From Hypanus sabinus (lineage: Eukaryota): 64,000 bases of DNA. Below are positions 51,131 through 63,869 of this stretch, in pieces; within the stretch, counting starts at the first letter, position 1, and every line of letters begins with the position of its first letter. Both the position numbers and the translations under genes were made by a program. The stretch lies in contig NC_082725.1 of the NCBI RefSeq assembly GCF_030144855.1, positions 46,376,001 to 46,440,000 on the forward strand, given 5' to 3'. Below the pieces are notes generated by a model. It did no database searches. It was not told the DNA's origin and saw nothing but the letters and a program-made list of their open reading frames with translations.

Positions 51131-52594
51131 TACAATGAAATGCAGTACAGGCAAACAATGTGTAAGTAAAAATGTAAATAATAAAATGACATCATATAAG
51201 TTGAGGGAAATACTGTATAGTCCAAAATAGAATTCTTTTTTTTCCTAATTAGTCTGTGCTTATTAGTCTATAATTACTGTGCAAAAAGAAAAAATCTGCC
51301 TGCAGTGAGAGACCATGTTTAATATACTGTGGGTCGGGCAGCATCGGTGGATGGGGAAACTGAGTCAACATTAAAGTTTGAGGGCAAATGGCAGAGATGC
51401 CACCTCTAATTCTCCAAAGAAATCTGAAACAAAACAGGAAATGTCACAAATGCTAATGAGAACAGAATTTGCAGACAGAGAAAAAGATAAATAACTTCTC
51501 TGATCCTTGGCCTTTCGTAAAATGTTTCACCTGTCCTGCACACAGAAGCTGTTGTGATTTGATATATAAACTGAACAGTACAGGCCCTTCAGCCCATCTT
51601 TACTGTACTGAACATGAAATGCCAAATTAAACTCAATCTCTTTTATATGTCTTCATTTCTGGCCAAGAGGGTCCTGTATTTGTGGTCTTTCAGCAACCGA
51701 CTAACAGACTGACCTTTGTCATACTGCTCAGGAAGGCAAACTTTGCATCGTTTAATTTCCTAGTAATCCAGATTCCACCTTGAATTTCTAGAACACTTGG
51801 ACTAACAAGTGACAAGGTCCACAGCTGACAAGGGTCCCTGGCTCAGCCTGGAATTTGTCCTGATTTTGGGCACTGGGATATTCGGGCAAAGGAGTTACTT
51901 TGAAAAATTAGATATGAAATTGCACTAACATATTTTAAAACAAAACTTGAATGGTTAGTACTTAATAAGCTACAAATGATATTGTTTCTTCAAAGAATGC
52001 CAGAAGTGAGCATTGTTAACTCACTGTAGCATCTGAAAACTTTATCATGTTGTGGTGTTTGTTCACAGCCAGGAAAAGGTGATCAGCGGCTGGATGAGTG
52101 AGTATTTTGCTCATTTAATCCTTTGAACTTGTTCCACCTCTCATCAAGATCAAGGTTAATGTTTTATTTCAATTCTATTTTTCTGCACTATTCCCACATT
52201 GCTTGATTCAATTAAAACTCAGAAATCTATTGATCTGTATTTTATAATGGAAAAAAATGATTGAGCCTTCCAGGGCAAATGTTTGCCTCCTGCGTGTTTA
52301 GGAATTTCTCCTTATCTCAGTTCTAAATGGCGTACGCTTTATTTCAAGGGCCAGGTTGTTCAGCCAGGAAAAACATCTTCCTGTTGTAAGAAGTTCGCAA
52401 GTTGAGATTTGCAATGAGGTTGCTTCCCCCATTGCTCTAAACTAGCAAATGCAGGCCCAGTCCACTCAGCCTTTCAAGTGGAAAACCTGCTATCCCTGAA
52501 ACCAGTCCAGTGAATTTTCACACTGTCACTGTGGGCATGTATGGTCTTTTTTTTAAGGCAAGGAGACCAAAACAGTATGCAGTATTCCAGGGGA

Positions 52595-52700
52595 TAAAAA
52601 TGCAAAATACTAGAAGCACTCAGCAGGTCAGGAAGCAACAGTGAAATGAGAATTAGAGGTGATGTTTCATCTCAAAGATCCTTCATCAGAACTGGGCAAG
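52595..52700 (-). mobile_element. Old Penelope pseudo-LTR copy with a near-canonical hammerhead core
   Basis: Minus 52689->52661: CTGATGA-AGGATCTTTGAGAT-GAAACATC. Confidence 0.65.
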
Positions 52701-52869
52701 AAGGATAAAGATAATTTTAAGTTACATAGAAAATGGCGGGATAAATGGGAATATCTGTGATAGGATGAGACCTGGTCAAATAGCAAATGATATTGATATT
52801 GTTATATATATATGTTATATAAATATTAAATTATATTATATTAACATTATATTAAATATATATGTTATA

Positions 52870-54445
52870 TACTCAGTGGCCACTTAATTAGGTACCTGCT
52901 GTACCTAATAGAGCGTACAGTGCGTTTATGGTTTTCTGCTGCTGTAGCCCATCCACTTCAAGGTTTAATACATTGTGTGTTCAGAGATACTCTTCTGCAC
53001 ACCACTGTTGTACCGCATGGCTATTTGAATTACTGCCATCTTCCTGTCAGCTTGAACCAGCTTGGCCACTCTCCTCTGATCTCCCTCATTAATAAAATGT
53101 TCTCAAACACAGAACTGCTGCTCCCTGGATGCTTTTTGTTTTTTGCACCGTTCCATATAAATTATAGAGACTGTTGCGCATGAAAACCCCAAGAGAGCAG
53201 CCAAGGTAATCAAACCATCTCGTCTCCTACTACCAATCATTCCATGGTCAAAAGTCACTCAGATCCCCTTTCCTCCCTATTCTGATGTGTGGTCAAAACT
53301 AAAGCTGAACCTCTTGACCATGTCTGTATGCTTTTATGCATTGAGTTGTTGCTGCATGATTGGTTGATTTGCATAAACAAGTGGTGTATGTGTTCAGCGG
53401 CTCAATTTAATATCAAAGAATGTATACACTCTACAACCTGAAATTCTTACTCTTCACAACCATGAAACATAAGAAAAAACCCCAAAGAATGACTGAAAAA
53501 CCACAAAGCCCCCCTCCTCCCTCCCATGCATGAGCAGCAGCTAAAGCATCAGCCCTCTCTCCCCCTCCCCACCTACCTCAGCAAAAGCATCAAACCTCTC
53601 TGACCCCTCCCCCACCTACCTCAGCAAAAGCATCAACCCTCTCTCCCCTCCCCCCACCTACCTCAGCAAAAGCATCAACCCTCTCTGTCCCTCCCCACCT
53701 ACCTCAGCTAAAGCATCAACCCTCTCTCCCCCTCCCCACCTACCTCAGCAAAAGCATCAACCCTCTCTATCCCTCCCCACCTACCTCAGCTAAAGCATCA
53801 ACCCTCTCTCCCCCTCCCCACCTACCTCAGCAAAAGCATCAACCCTCTCTGTCCCTCCCCACCTACCTCAGCTAAAGCATCAACCCTCTCTCCCCTCCCC
53901 CACCTACCTCAGCTAAATCATCAGACCCCACCATAAGGCATGCAAGCAATAGCAAAATAACCAAAGAGTCCATAAAAAAAAAGCACTGTCCATCCCAACA
54001 CTTTGACATCCCACAGGCTTTCTCTCTCTCATTAATGAGGTGTTGCTCCCACAGCAAGAGCTTGCTGTTTCAACGTTCCAATCTGCAGCTTTGCTTATTC
54101 CAACAGCAACGCACACGGCTGTCTCAATCCCCTGCAATGCTTCAGTCGGTAACACCAGCGAGGTATAGGGTCGTTCTTGGGGCCACACCCCGAAGGTGCA
54201 CATCTTTTAGACCACACCTGGAGACATCGAAAATGCTGGGCTACTCAGCGAGCTCTGAGAGCAGCAACCTGCCGTGAAGAACCGCAGTTTGAGTTCTGCT
54301 GTAGATCACAGGCCCCAACAGGACCCCAGCCACCTTGAAAAGGAGAGAAAATACACCAAAGAGAAGAAATTAAACTGTTTTGCAGATGAAATAGAAGCCA
54401 CCTTTTGCAAGTGAGAAGTGTACCTAATAAGGTAGCCACTGAGTG
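52870..54445. mobile_element. Tc1-type non-autonomous element with an approximately 1-kb minus-strand non-LTR insertion (about 53392-54417)
   Basis: TA|TACTCAGTGGCCACTTAATTAGGTAC...GTACCTAATAAGGTAGCCACTGAGTG|TA TIRs. Confidence 0.85.
53539..53917. repeat. Minisatellite, unit about 41 bp, about 9 units
   Basis: Unit AAAGCATCAACCCTCTCTCCCCTCCCCACCTACCTCAGC(A/T), with variable C-runs. Confidence 0.95.
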
Positions 54446-54781
54446 TACAGTAGGTGAATGATTTTGTTGATAATGTAGTAAAGTGGTCAGCAAATTTGTA
54501 GATGGCATCGAGATTCGGGCATAGCGGACAGCAAAGGCTATCAATGCCTGCAGCGGGATCTGAACTAGCTGGAAAAGTGCCAGATGGAATTTAATACAGA
54601 CAAGTGTGAGATGTTGCACTGTGGGAGGACAAACCAGGCAGGACTTACACAGTGAAAGGTAGAGCATTGAGGAGTGTTGTTAATAGTAGGACTGTGGGGA
54701 GTGCCCAGTAGTTCAGACAGCACCGATGGAGGCAGAAAACAATACTCCAGCTATAACCTCAGCATATCTCCATATAACTGT

Positions 54782-56710
54782 TGTAGGAGCCATGAATCTA
54801 TTTTCTGTCTGCCTGTGTTGTATTTTGTGTTGCACGTTTACTACGGGTAATTTGTCATGTGGGGTCGAGTGTTGTAGAAGCAAATAAGTATAGTTGTGTA
54901 TTCACACTTTGTCTTAGTTGGTTTAGTCTAGTTGAGGGGGAGTGAGGCACAGGGTGATATTTCTCTTGTTGATAAAAAGTCTAGTCTTTGATTGAAAACA
55001 AACTAAGACCGTTAAGAAACTGAGTGCGGGAATTGACACTGTAAGATGTGCTTCCAAATCATTGGGATCAGAGGATGCCTTAATAATTGGATGACCATTG
55101 ATAATAGCCTCTACTTCACTTTGTCAAGATTCTATACCTTCATGGTGAAATTGAGGACCTTTTGCATGGACCTGATCAATCTCTCCTATGTTCCTCCATG
55201 ATATTAAACAGCATGGGTGCTGGGTGGGGGTGGGGGGGGGGTTAAAATCCACTTAATTCCTTTCTGAAGAAAGACATCACTGACCCACGAATGATTCTAC
55301 TTCTCAGTGGCTTCTTGTAACTCACGCCTTGCTTCAACAAAGTGTATCACATTGTCGGAGCACAGTTTATGGACCTGTCCTCATCTTGCTGTAAAGTGTC
55401 AAAGTACAGTATCAAAGGAATCTGTGTCTAAAGCAGATGCTACTTCAATCTGAACAGTTCGTATAGCTGGACAGATACAAATGACCACATACCTCTACAT
55501 TGTGCTCCTGCTCTTCACTTCTAAAAATCAAAAGCTGTCCACTCCTATATGGGTAAACAGATTAATCGTGAGAGACCCTGTCCAGAGATAGATCTGTCAT
55601 GTGCTGGTATCCTGGAGCTGCATGCAACCATCGACAAGCAACACACTTAGACAGGATTCTTCTTATAGTTATACTAGTGCTGGGAATCCGATATGTTTGG
55701 TGCAACCTGGGTAGCGTGGTTACGGCCACCATGCCCCACCTCTTGATGAACGTGCCTCAGAATGAGGTCTGAGATATTAAGATCCTTTGTTAGTATAACA
55801 AGATGTTTTGACTCCTCAAGCAAGACTGCCCTACTAAGCCAATCACCAACTCTCCAGAAGCCATCTTCAAGTACTGGATTGAGCTTGAAAATATGACTGT
55901 TCCTTTTCACAGCTTCACTCCTTTGCGAACTTGAGGATTTATCTGGAAATCTCTTATTTTTTGTGAAACCTAATGATCTCTGTTTCAGCCTTTCTGAGCT
56001 CTTCCACTAAGAGACAACCTCGGCCGCTCTTTGGCCTTTTCAATCTCTCTCTCCTAGGAGTACCCTTGTTGTTCTTCATCCAAGTCAGACTGAGCAAACA
56101 CCATGTTCAATTGCTTCCTCTTTGACTAAGAAACAAGAGCAGGTTCTTAAATTTCAGAATCCAGGCCACAGCAGTGAGTAGTGCCCTGGTATCTAATGGC
56201 CTCACAGGGGCTGGTAATCATCATTGTAAACTTCCCATAATTCCAGTACAAGTGAAGACTAAGAAGGGTAACAAGACAGTGGTTACTTATAGACATGATA
56301 AAATCTACAGATGGTGGAGATCCAGATTAACACACACAAAATACAGGAGGAACTCAGCAGGTCAGGGAGCATCTATAAAAACAAATAGGCAGTTGATATT
56401 TCAGGCTGAGATCCATTTTCAGGAGGAGGATCTCGGCCCAAAACATCAACTATCTATTCATCTCCATAGATGCTGCCTGACCTGCTGAGTTCCTAAAGCA
56501 TTTAGTGTATGCTGAAGTGGTTACTTATGCTTTCCTAAATCAAGGGTGTTCTGTACAGTGGGCCTAATGAAACAAGCTCAAACTCACAGGAAAAAAGACA
56601 CTCATTCTCATGCACCATGGGTCAAGAGATGGTTGTGAGTAGCTACAGTGTTTCAGGATTGGAAGTGGCTGGTTTAAATGGTGAAAACTATTGTGAATTA
56701 CCTAACATCT
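54782..56710. mobile_element. Rearranged BEL/Pao LTR retrotransposon remnant: probable LTR (+, 54782-55038), integrase region (-, 55039-56173), protease region (+, 56174-56710)
   Basis: Minus: ILRHVHQEVGHGGRNH, FTHIGVD, IEVASALDTDSF, CSDN, KGIKWIFNPP, EVEAIINGHP. Plus: CKLPIIPVQVKTKKGNKTVVTY/AFL...GLEVAGLNGENYCELP. TGTAGGAGCC...GGAATTGACA as the candidate LTR. Confidence 0.85.
56291..56515. mobile_element. Palindromic (inverted pair) Penelope pseudo-LTR insertion with a 13-bp TSD
   Basis: AGTGGTTACTTAT at 56278-56290 and 56516-56528; arms ggaactcagcaggtcagggagcatctat and atagatgctgcctgacctgctgagttcc. Confidence 0.9.
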
Positions 56711-56971
56711 AATATGCGTTCATTTCACTATTTCGGTATTTTTTTTTATTTCTAATACCGCTATAAGATCATTCATCTTTGCTGGTTTTGTAATTAAGGA
56801 TCGGAAGTATGTTTTTTGACTTGGAACTCAGTAATTTGGAAGTGAGACATACAGTGTCAACTCCTGTACTCAGCCTCCCAGCGGTCTTGCTTTATTTTCA
56901 AGAAACCACTACAACTGCAGTTGAATATCTTGTATTCATGTCCTCTTGTAATACAGGCCAGCATATGGTTT

Positions 56972-57103
56972 CAAACAAGAGAAAATAGGCAGATGCTGGA
57001 AATCCAAGTAACACACACAAAATGCTGGAGGTACTCAGCAGGCCAGGCAGCACCTATGGAAAAGAGTACAGTCGACATTTCGAACTGAGACCCTTTGACA
57101 GGA
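56972..57103 (-). mobile_element. Short Penelope pseudo-LTR copy with a decayed hammerhead
   Basis: Minus: CTGTCAA-AGGGTCTCAGTTC-GAAATGTC-GACTG...; same terminus as the copies at 30122 and 34611. Confidence 0.85.
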
Positions 57104-57939
57104 TTTGCCTTTCGAAGCAAATGCTGTATTTGCAAATTACATTGTATACAAAGTCCCTTTGTCATAAATATGACCCAATTTCTCACCATTTAAAAAAACT
57201 CCTCTTTTCTGTGTTGTTCAACTGAATGAATAATTTCAAATTTTCCCATATTATACTGGATTTCTCTATTACTTACCACTCATACATCCAGTCTCTTTCC
57301 CACTGCAGCCTCTAAACCCTCCTCCCTACTCACAATCCCATGTAGTCTGTATTAAAGGCAAACATTGAAATTTGCCGAAAGTAGAATAGCAGCAGCCCAA
57401 GCACCAATTCCTATGTGGATATGAAAGTCAGCAAATATTAAAATCTGGAGCAAAAACTGATCCCCATGTACCTCACAAGATAAACTTACCAACTTGAGGA
57501 AGATCCATTAACTTCCACTGTTTGTTTTCCATTACATATACAATTCTCCATCCATGACAGCATATTACCACAAAATCTACATGGTCTAAATACATTAAAC
57601 CACCTCCTGTGTGAGATCCTATCAAAAGCCTTCTGAAAATCCATATACGAGTCCAGTGGCTACCCATGCATCAGCCTCCCCATGTTAAACAAAGACACAC
57701 ACAGGCATTCTCCATTACGGGAATCCACCCTAACATCCCCAATTATGTTCCATGGTGCCCACACCTCACCAGAATATGTGGACCTTGGATCAGCCTCCAC
57801 AGTCATCTGAAGACCCAACAATGGATAAGCCCTTAGGACCACTCCAAACCCAACTTGAATGGTCGAACTACTCTACTAGTCATATTCTGAAAAGAACTTT
57901 AACACATGCTGACTCTGCTTAAGCTTATTATTCTCTTCA

Positions 57940-58530
57940 AGAACATAAGGAATAGGAGCAGGAGTAGGCCATCTAGCCCATCGAGCCTGCTCCGCCAATC
58001 GATAAGATCATGGCTGATCTGGACTCATCTCCACCTACCTGCCTTTTCCCCATAACCCTTAATTCCCCTACAATGCAAAAATTTATTCAACTTTGTCTTA
58101 AATATATTGATTGAGGTAGCTTCCACTACTTCATCGGGCAGAGAATTCCACATATTCACCAACCTCTGGGAAAAGCAGCTCCTCCACATCTCCGTCCTAA
58201 ATCAACTCCCCTGAAACTTGAGGCTATGTCCCCTAGTCTTACCTACCACTTTCCTGCCTCTATCTTATCTATCCCTTTCATAATGTTATTTATTTCTATA
58301 AGATATCCTCTCATCCTTCTGAATTCCAGCTAATACAGTCCCAGGCGACTCAATCTCTCCTCATAGTCTAACCCCCTCATCTCTGTGACCTCTTCTGCAC
58401 TGCCTCCAAAGCGAGTACATCCTTCCTCAGGTAAGGGGACCAGAACTGCATACAGTTCTCCAGATGTGGACCCACTGGTACCCTATACAGTTGCAGCATA
58501 ACATCCCTGCTCTTAAATTCAATCCCTCAG
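57940..58530 (-). mobile_element. CR1 3' end fragment
   Basis: aagaacataaggaataggagcaggagtaggccat tail and RT C-terminal remnants. Confidence 0.85.
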
Positions 58531-58559
58531 GAGGTTCCGTAATACATTTTCCGTATGCT

Positions 58560-59250
58560 CCACAGTAGCAGAGCAGTAAGTATGATGCTATTACAGCTCA
58601 GGGTGTTGGGGTTTGGATTTCAATCCCAGCCTCCTCCGTAAAGAGTTTACACATCTTTTGCATATGCTTTCTTGGCCCATGGACCAGGACAGGCAATTGG
58701 TGAAGTTTACAGCTAGGAACTTGATGCTCTTAACACGCTCAACCACAGCACCCTTGATTGGTGCACCACAGAATGCACCCTGCCTGGTTTTTTATGGCAA
58801 ATGGTCTGCACGTGACCACAAGAAACTGTTGAGAGTTGTGGACACAGCTCAGAATATCATGAGATCCAACCTGCCTTCCACGGACTCTGCATCAGTAAGC
58901 AGCCTGCATTGTTAAAGCCTCCACCACCCTAGATATTCTGTCTTTCCCCACGTCCATTTGGAGAGAAGATACAAAAACCCGAAAGCAGGTATTAATAGGT
59001 TCATGGACCACTTCAACTCTGCTGTAATAAGACTCCCTAGTGTGGGAAGATGGATTCTTGACCTTACTATCTACATTATTCAAAGCTTACATTTTATTGT
59101 TTACCTGCACAGCACTTTCTCTGTGGTGTTACACTTCATTCTGCATTGTTTACTTTGTTATATCTGTAGTTATCGGATCTGTAGGAACAGTACGCAAGAC
59201 AAACTTTTCACTGCATCTCAGTAAGTGTGACCATAATAAACCAATTCCAG
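58560..59250 (+). mobile_element. SINE head fragment followed by a Rex1-like 3' fragment
   Basis: tRNA-like head; FYGKWSARDHKKLLRVVDTAQNIM; tail ccataataaaccaattcca. Confidence 0.7.
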
Positions 59251-60169
59251 TTCCACTGATTGCCCGGTGATCATGAGATTCCCTTTGTAAGGGCGTGACA
59301 TTCCCTTTTTCCTGTGCTGAGTGTGTCAATTTAGGTTCTATGGTTGGGAAGGTTACTCACCCTTGCAGTTTCCTTGTCCCTCCTACTTCTCCATATGATA
59401 CTCGAGCCACCTGTTCTTCATATTCCTGGTTTCCTGAGAGGTGTTCCTCCAGCACGAGTATTTCCTCCTGTTGGCTAGAGTTATAGAATGAACAAACGTG
59501 AAGCCTCCATGCCTGCTGGGTAGTAACTGATGTAGACTGACTCTGAGCAGGATAATGGTATTCTACATGCTTTTTCTCGTCATACCACGGCTCTAGTGAG
59601 GAAAGTGTGTGCAGGTGGCAGAATGCAAGAGAGTAGTGGGATGCCTTTGGCTCCCAAGATTCATCCCTCAATCCTTAAGAATTAAACTGTCCGATGAGTT
59701 TCTTGGAACCATTGGAACTTGAGCCTGAGCAGACAAAGTTTAACCTTGTGTCTGTAAACTTCCTCTGTGCATAAGGTCTTAGTGTCTCTGTGCATTCTGC
59801 ACTGGTGGTTCCGCTAGGAACTACAACCCCTAGCCCAAATCATCACTATAGATATTGATGAGCGGTCTGTAGTAAAACTGCAGAAGCACCTTTCACATTA
59901 TCAAATTTTGCCAGTCTGAGCATCTCTCGGGACTTTGACATTTCTACAATTGAATTTGTTCCATTATTAGCATAATGATCCTTAAAATAATGTTGTCTTT
60001 GTATTCATTTTTTAAAATTTATATTTATAGACACGTAGTGGTAAAAAGCCCAACCAGCCCAGCCTGCCCAATTACACCCATATTACCAATTAACCTACTG
60101 GAAGTGCCGGACTAGTTTAGTGATTGGCAAAATTTCACCCAGAAATAATAACTGGCAATGATGAAACTA

Positions 60170-60890
60170 GAACTAGAGACATATCAAAGAGCTAATTGTG
60201 GACTTCAGGAAAGGTTAAGATGAAGGAACACACACCAATCCACACAGAGGGATCAGAACTAGAGAGAGTGAGCAGTTTCAAGTTCCTGGATGTCGATATC
60301 TCTGAGGATCTAACCTGGTCGCAACATATAGATGCAGCTATAAAGAAGACAAGGCAGTGACTACATTTCATTAGGAGCTTGTGTAGATTTGGTATGTCAC
60401 CTAAAACACTCGAAAATTTCTACAGACGTACTGTGGAGAACATTCTGACTGATTGTTTCACCATCTGGTGAAGTGGGGGGGGGGGGAAGTTCCTGCTACT
60501 GTACAGGATTGAAGTAGGCTGCAGAAAGTTGTAAAATTAGACAACTCCATCTCGGGTACCAGCCTGTCTAGTATCCAATACAGCTTCAAAAAGAGGTGCC
60601 TCAAAAAGAGGCACCATCATCAAGGACCCCTCCCCCAGTACATGCCGTCTTCTCATTGCTACCATCAGGAAGGAGATACAGAAACCTGAAGGCACACACT
60701 CAGCAATTCAGTAACAGCTTCTTCCCCTCAGCCATTTGATTTCTGAATAGACACTGAACCCATCAACACTAATCATTTATTCCTGTTTTTGCACTACTTA
60801 CTTAATTTAACTGTTTAATGTACAACATACATTTAATATATAACAATATTGAATGTATATAAATATACCTACTGCAGTTCACAGTTTTTT
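60170..60890 (+). mobile_element. Rex1/Babar 3' fragment
   Basis: KELIVDFR; ERVSSFKFL; LLPSGRRYRNLKAHT. Confidence 0.85.
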
Positions 60891-62658
60891 CCCTATATCA
60901 GGGGTGGCCAACCTTTTACGTTCCATGCGTCAATTTTTTTCACGCACGAGTTAAGATGTGCCATACAACTCTTGTACCCCCATTCAATTCTTGTAAAATT
61001 CCAAATTCTTAAAAAACTTAACAAATTCCAATGATATATGTCAATGATATTAAACCTAATTCTGATTCTGAACAGATGTGGGATGGAGTTGAGGAAAAAC
61101 TGTTTTTCCCAGAAAGTAGTGAGTCTGTGGAATTCTCTGCCCAGGGAAGCAGAAGAGGGTATCTCATTAAATGTATTTAAGACGCAGTTAGATAGATTTT
61201 TGCACAGCAGGAATATTAAGGGTTATAGGTAAATGGCAAGTAGGTGGAGCTGAGTTTACGTCCAAATCAGCCATGATTTTATTGAGCAGGGCAGGCTGGT
61301 GATCCAATGTCTAGTCAGCAAAATGCATGCAGAAAATAGCCTTTAGGAGTTTAAGTAACTAGAATGTGTATTCTAGCTCATGCAAACTTCCCCTTAAAAT
61401 TGAAATATTTTTGAAAGAATATTTATTGTTGTTTTAAAATTGCAATAACTTTTATGCAGTCAAATTATGAGTACCAAGTGAATGAATTGTTTATCTCAAT
61501 TTGTTACATCAGAAAAAATATTTACAGACTCTATTATATAAATTATTTAATATATTCCTATTAACCATTTTTTTTTGCATAGTGTAACCTCTGAATGAGC
61601 TTAGGCTGGCCAAACTGTTTATTTTTTAAATTTTAAGTAAAATTGTCACTGTTAATAATTTGCCTAGGTTATTAAGATTTGATGACAGAGTGAGAGAGAT
61701 TAGCTGTATTATATCAAGATCAGGGTGTTCAATACAATACATAGTTATTGTGAAATACACACATGGTATAGAGTGACTGTAACAATTTTGCTTTGTTATT
61801 CATAATTTGTCTGTGGAAGTTATAACTAAAATACTTACCTGGAAATATTAAAGAATATTACAGGGAAAATTATAGCTGATCAATATTAATAGTTTTTAGG
61901 GACATACATTGAACAGCGATAATAGTGACACACATGATAAACTAAGGCCATTGGAATCGTTAAATAAATATGTCAATACTAAAATTAGTCCCAAACAGGT
62001 TTGAAAAGTCCATTACATTTGCTGCACATTGTATCCGAGGGGTTAACAGCAATCATTCCAGCAGTGTTTTCAGTTTAAACAAAGCTTTGGGAGCAACCAC
62101 ACACTAGAATGGTTAATGGGCCATGAAGTTCTCTGAGAAAGCTGAGAAAATGTAAGGAGATTGACAATTGTATAAATGAGTGCGTCTCTGATTATGAATC
62201 TGAAACTATTTTGAAGAGACATCGATGGGTAATTGAACTGTGAAACTACATACTGAAACTAGGCCCTAATGAGATAAGGGAATAATGATAGGCTAACAAA
62301 CCCTTGTTTCATTATTCCCGTTGGATAGTGTCCCAGCAAAGCCAGGCAACATGTCTCAGAGGCCGAAAACATTGAAAACAACATGATTATGGCCATTTGA
62401 TTGTCATGAGGTAAGAAACAATAGGTCCACAGTAAAATATTTTACATAGCATATAAGGCCTCAACAGCAGGCAGAGAGTTTGTTGTTACTATAGTAATAA
62501 GGGATAATGAGAAACCCAAGTTAATAGACATATGGAAAAGAAAACTTATATGGTAGGAGCTTTTCACAAGACCCATGTGGGAAAACTGTCCCTAACAACC
62601 AATTCCCCAGTCCTCTGTACTCGATTGGCTCAGGACCAATACTCAGTGTTGCATAAAC

Positions 62659-62925
62659 GGCATGATAATGTAGCGGTTAGCACAACGCATTACAGTACAG
62701 ATGACCTGGGTTCAATTTCTGCCGCTGCTCGTAAGGAATTTGTACATTCTCCCATGACCAAATAGGTTTCCTCCAGGTGCTTCCATTTCCTTCCACAGTA
62801 CACAGACGCACCGGTTGTTAGGTTAACTGGGCATTGTAAATTGTCCCGTGATTAAGCTAGGATTAAGTCAGAAGATTGCTGGGACTGTAAACATCCATTC
62901 TGTGTTGTACCTCAATAAATAAATA
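62659..62925 (+). mobile_element. tRNA-derived V-domain SINE (HE1-like)
   Basis: A/B-box-like head (gtagcggttagc..gggttcaatt), V-domain ggtttcctccaggtgcttccatttccttccaca, (TAAA)n tail. Confidence 0.8.
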
Positions 62926-63869
62926 AACAAAAGCAGTGAGGTGGAAAATAGAGATGCCAGTGTTACAAATATTAGTTCCAGTTGCAATGGAACAAAGATG
63001 GTTAAAATAAGAAGCATCTGGACTGGGGTTCTATCAGCTGGAGAAGAATAAAATGAACAGGAGAAGATGGGTCTTGGAATCATATTTGGAACAATCTGTC
63101 CGGGTGACAAGCAAAACAAAGTTTTTCCTCAGTATCTCAGTACATGTGACAATAATGAATCAATTATCAATTGTATTCGCTGTGCTTTCTACTGGTTTTG
63201 ATGTTTGCCGTAATCAGGTGGGATGTCCACAGTTACTGGTGTGAGATTCTGATCTCTCCTACTTGTGTACAGCTCCTTTCATATAACAGCTATCGAAGGT
63301 CTCAAAGACGATCACAGTAACTCAATAGAATGAATAACACAGCCCAGCTCATGCTGCATTTCAGCTTTACTTGAGCCTCCTCCTTTCTTTCAAACTTAAA
63401 TTTAAATGTTTAATAATAAATTCAGTTTCCTTCTTGCTCTTGTTCATATATGGAGTGCAGTGCATCCAATATCAGGCCTGTGTGAACCGAGCCACATTCA
63501 CACTGTGTGAACAGCTGATGTCAGGCTAGGCATGGCCTGCCTCTGGAGGCAGTGAGTGTAATTCCAACACTTCTTTAGCCCTAGTAGCCCAATTGGCACA
63601 CCAATGGAGGGAAGAGGGAGACCGGGATTCAACTAGCAGAGGTCATGCATATCAATCATGCATATACCTTAAACCGAAGAGGAAAAGTCTACTTTTACTA
63701 GTCTAGTTTACTTCTACTCCAATATTTTTGACCATCCTGTCTATTTGTGTCTTTTTGTTCCTCACTGTTAATATTCTTATCTATAAGGGATATGACACTT
63801 CCTTTTCCACCCTTTTGACAAGTACCACTTCCAGCAGGCAACTCATAGATCTGGACAGGATAGAAAGGC

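Noticed and set aside
62659-62735. tRNA gene
   Set aside because: The tRNA-like head is followed by a V-domain and (TAAA)n tail, so it is a SINE; no complete cloverleaf.
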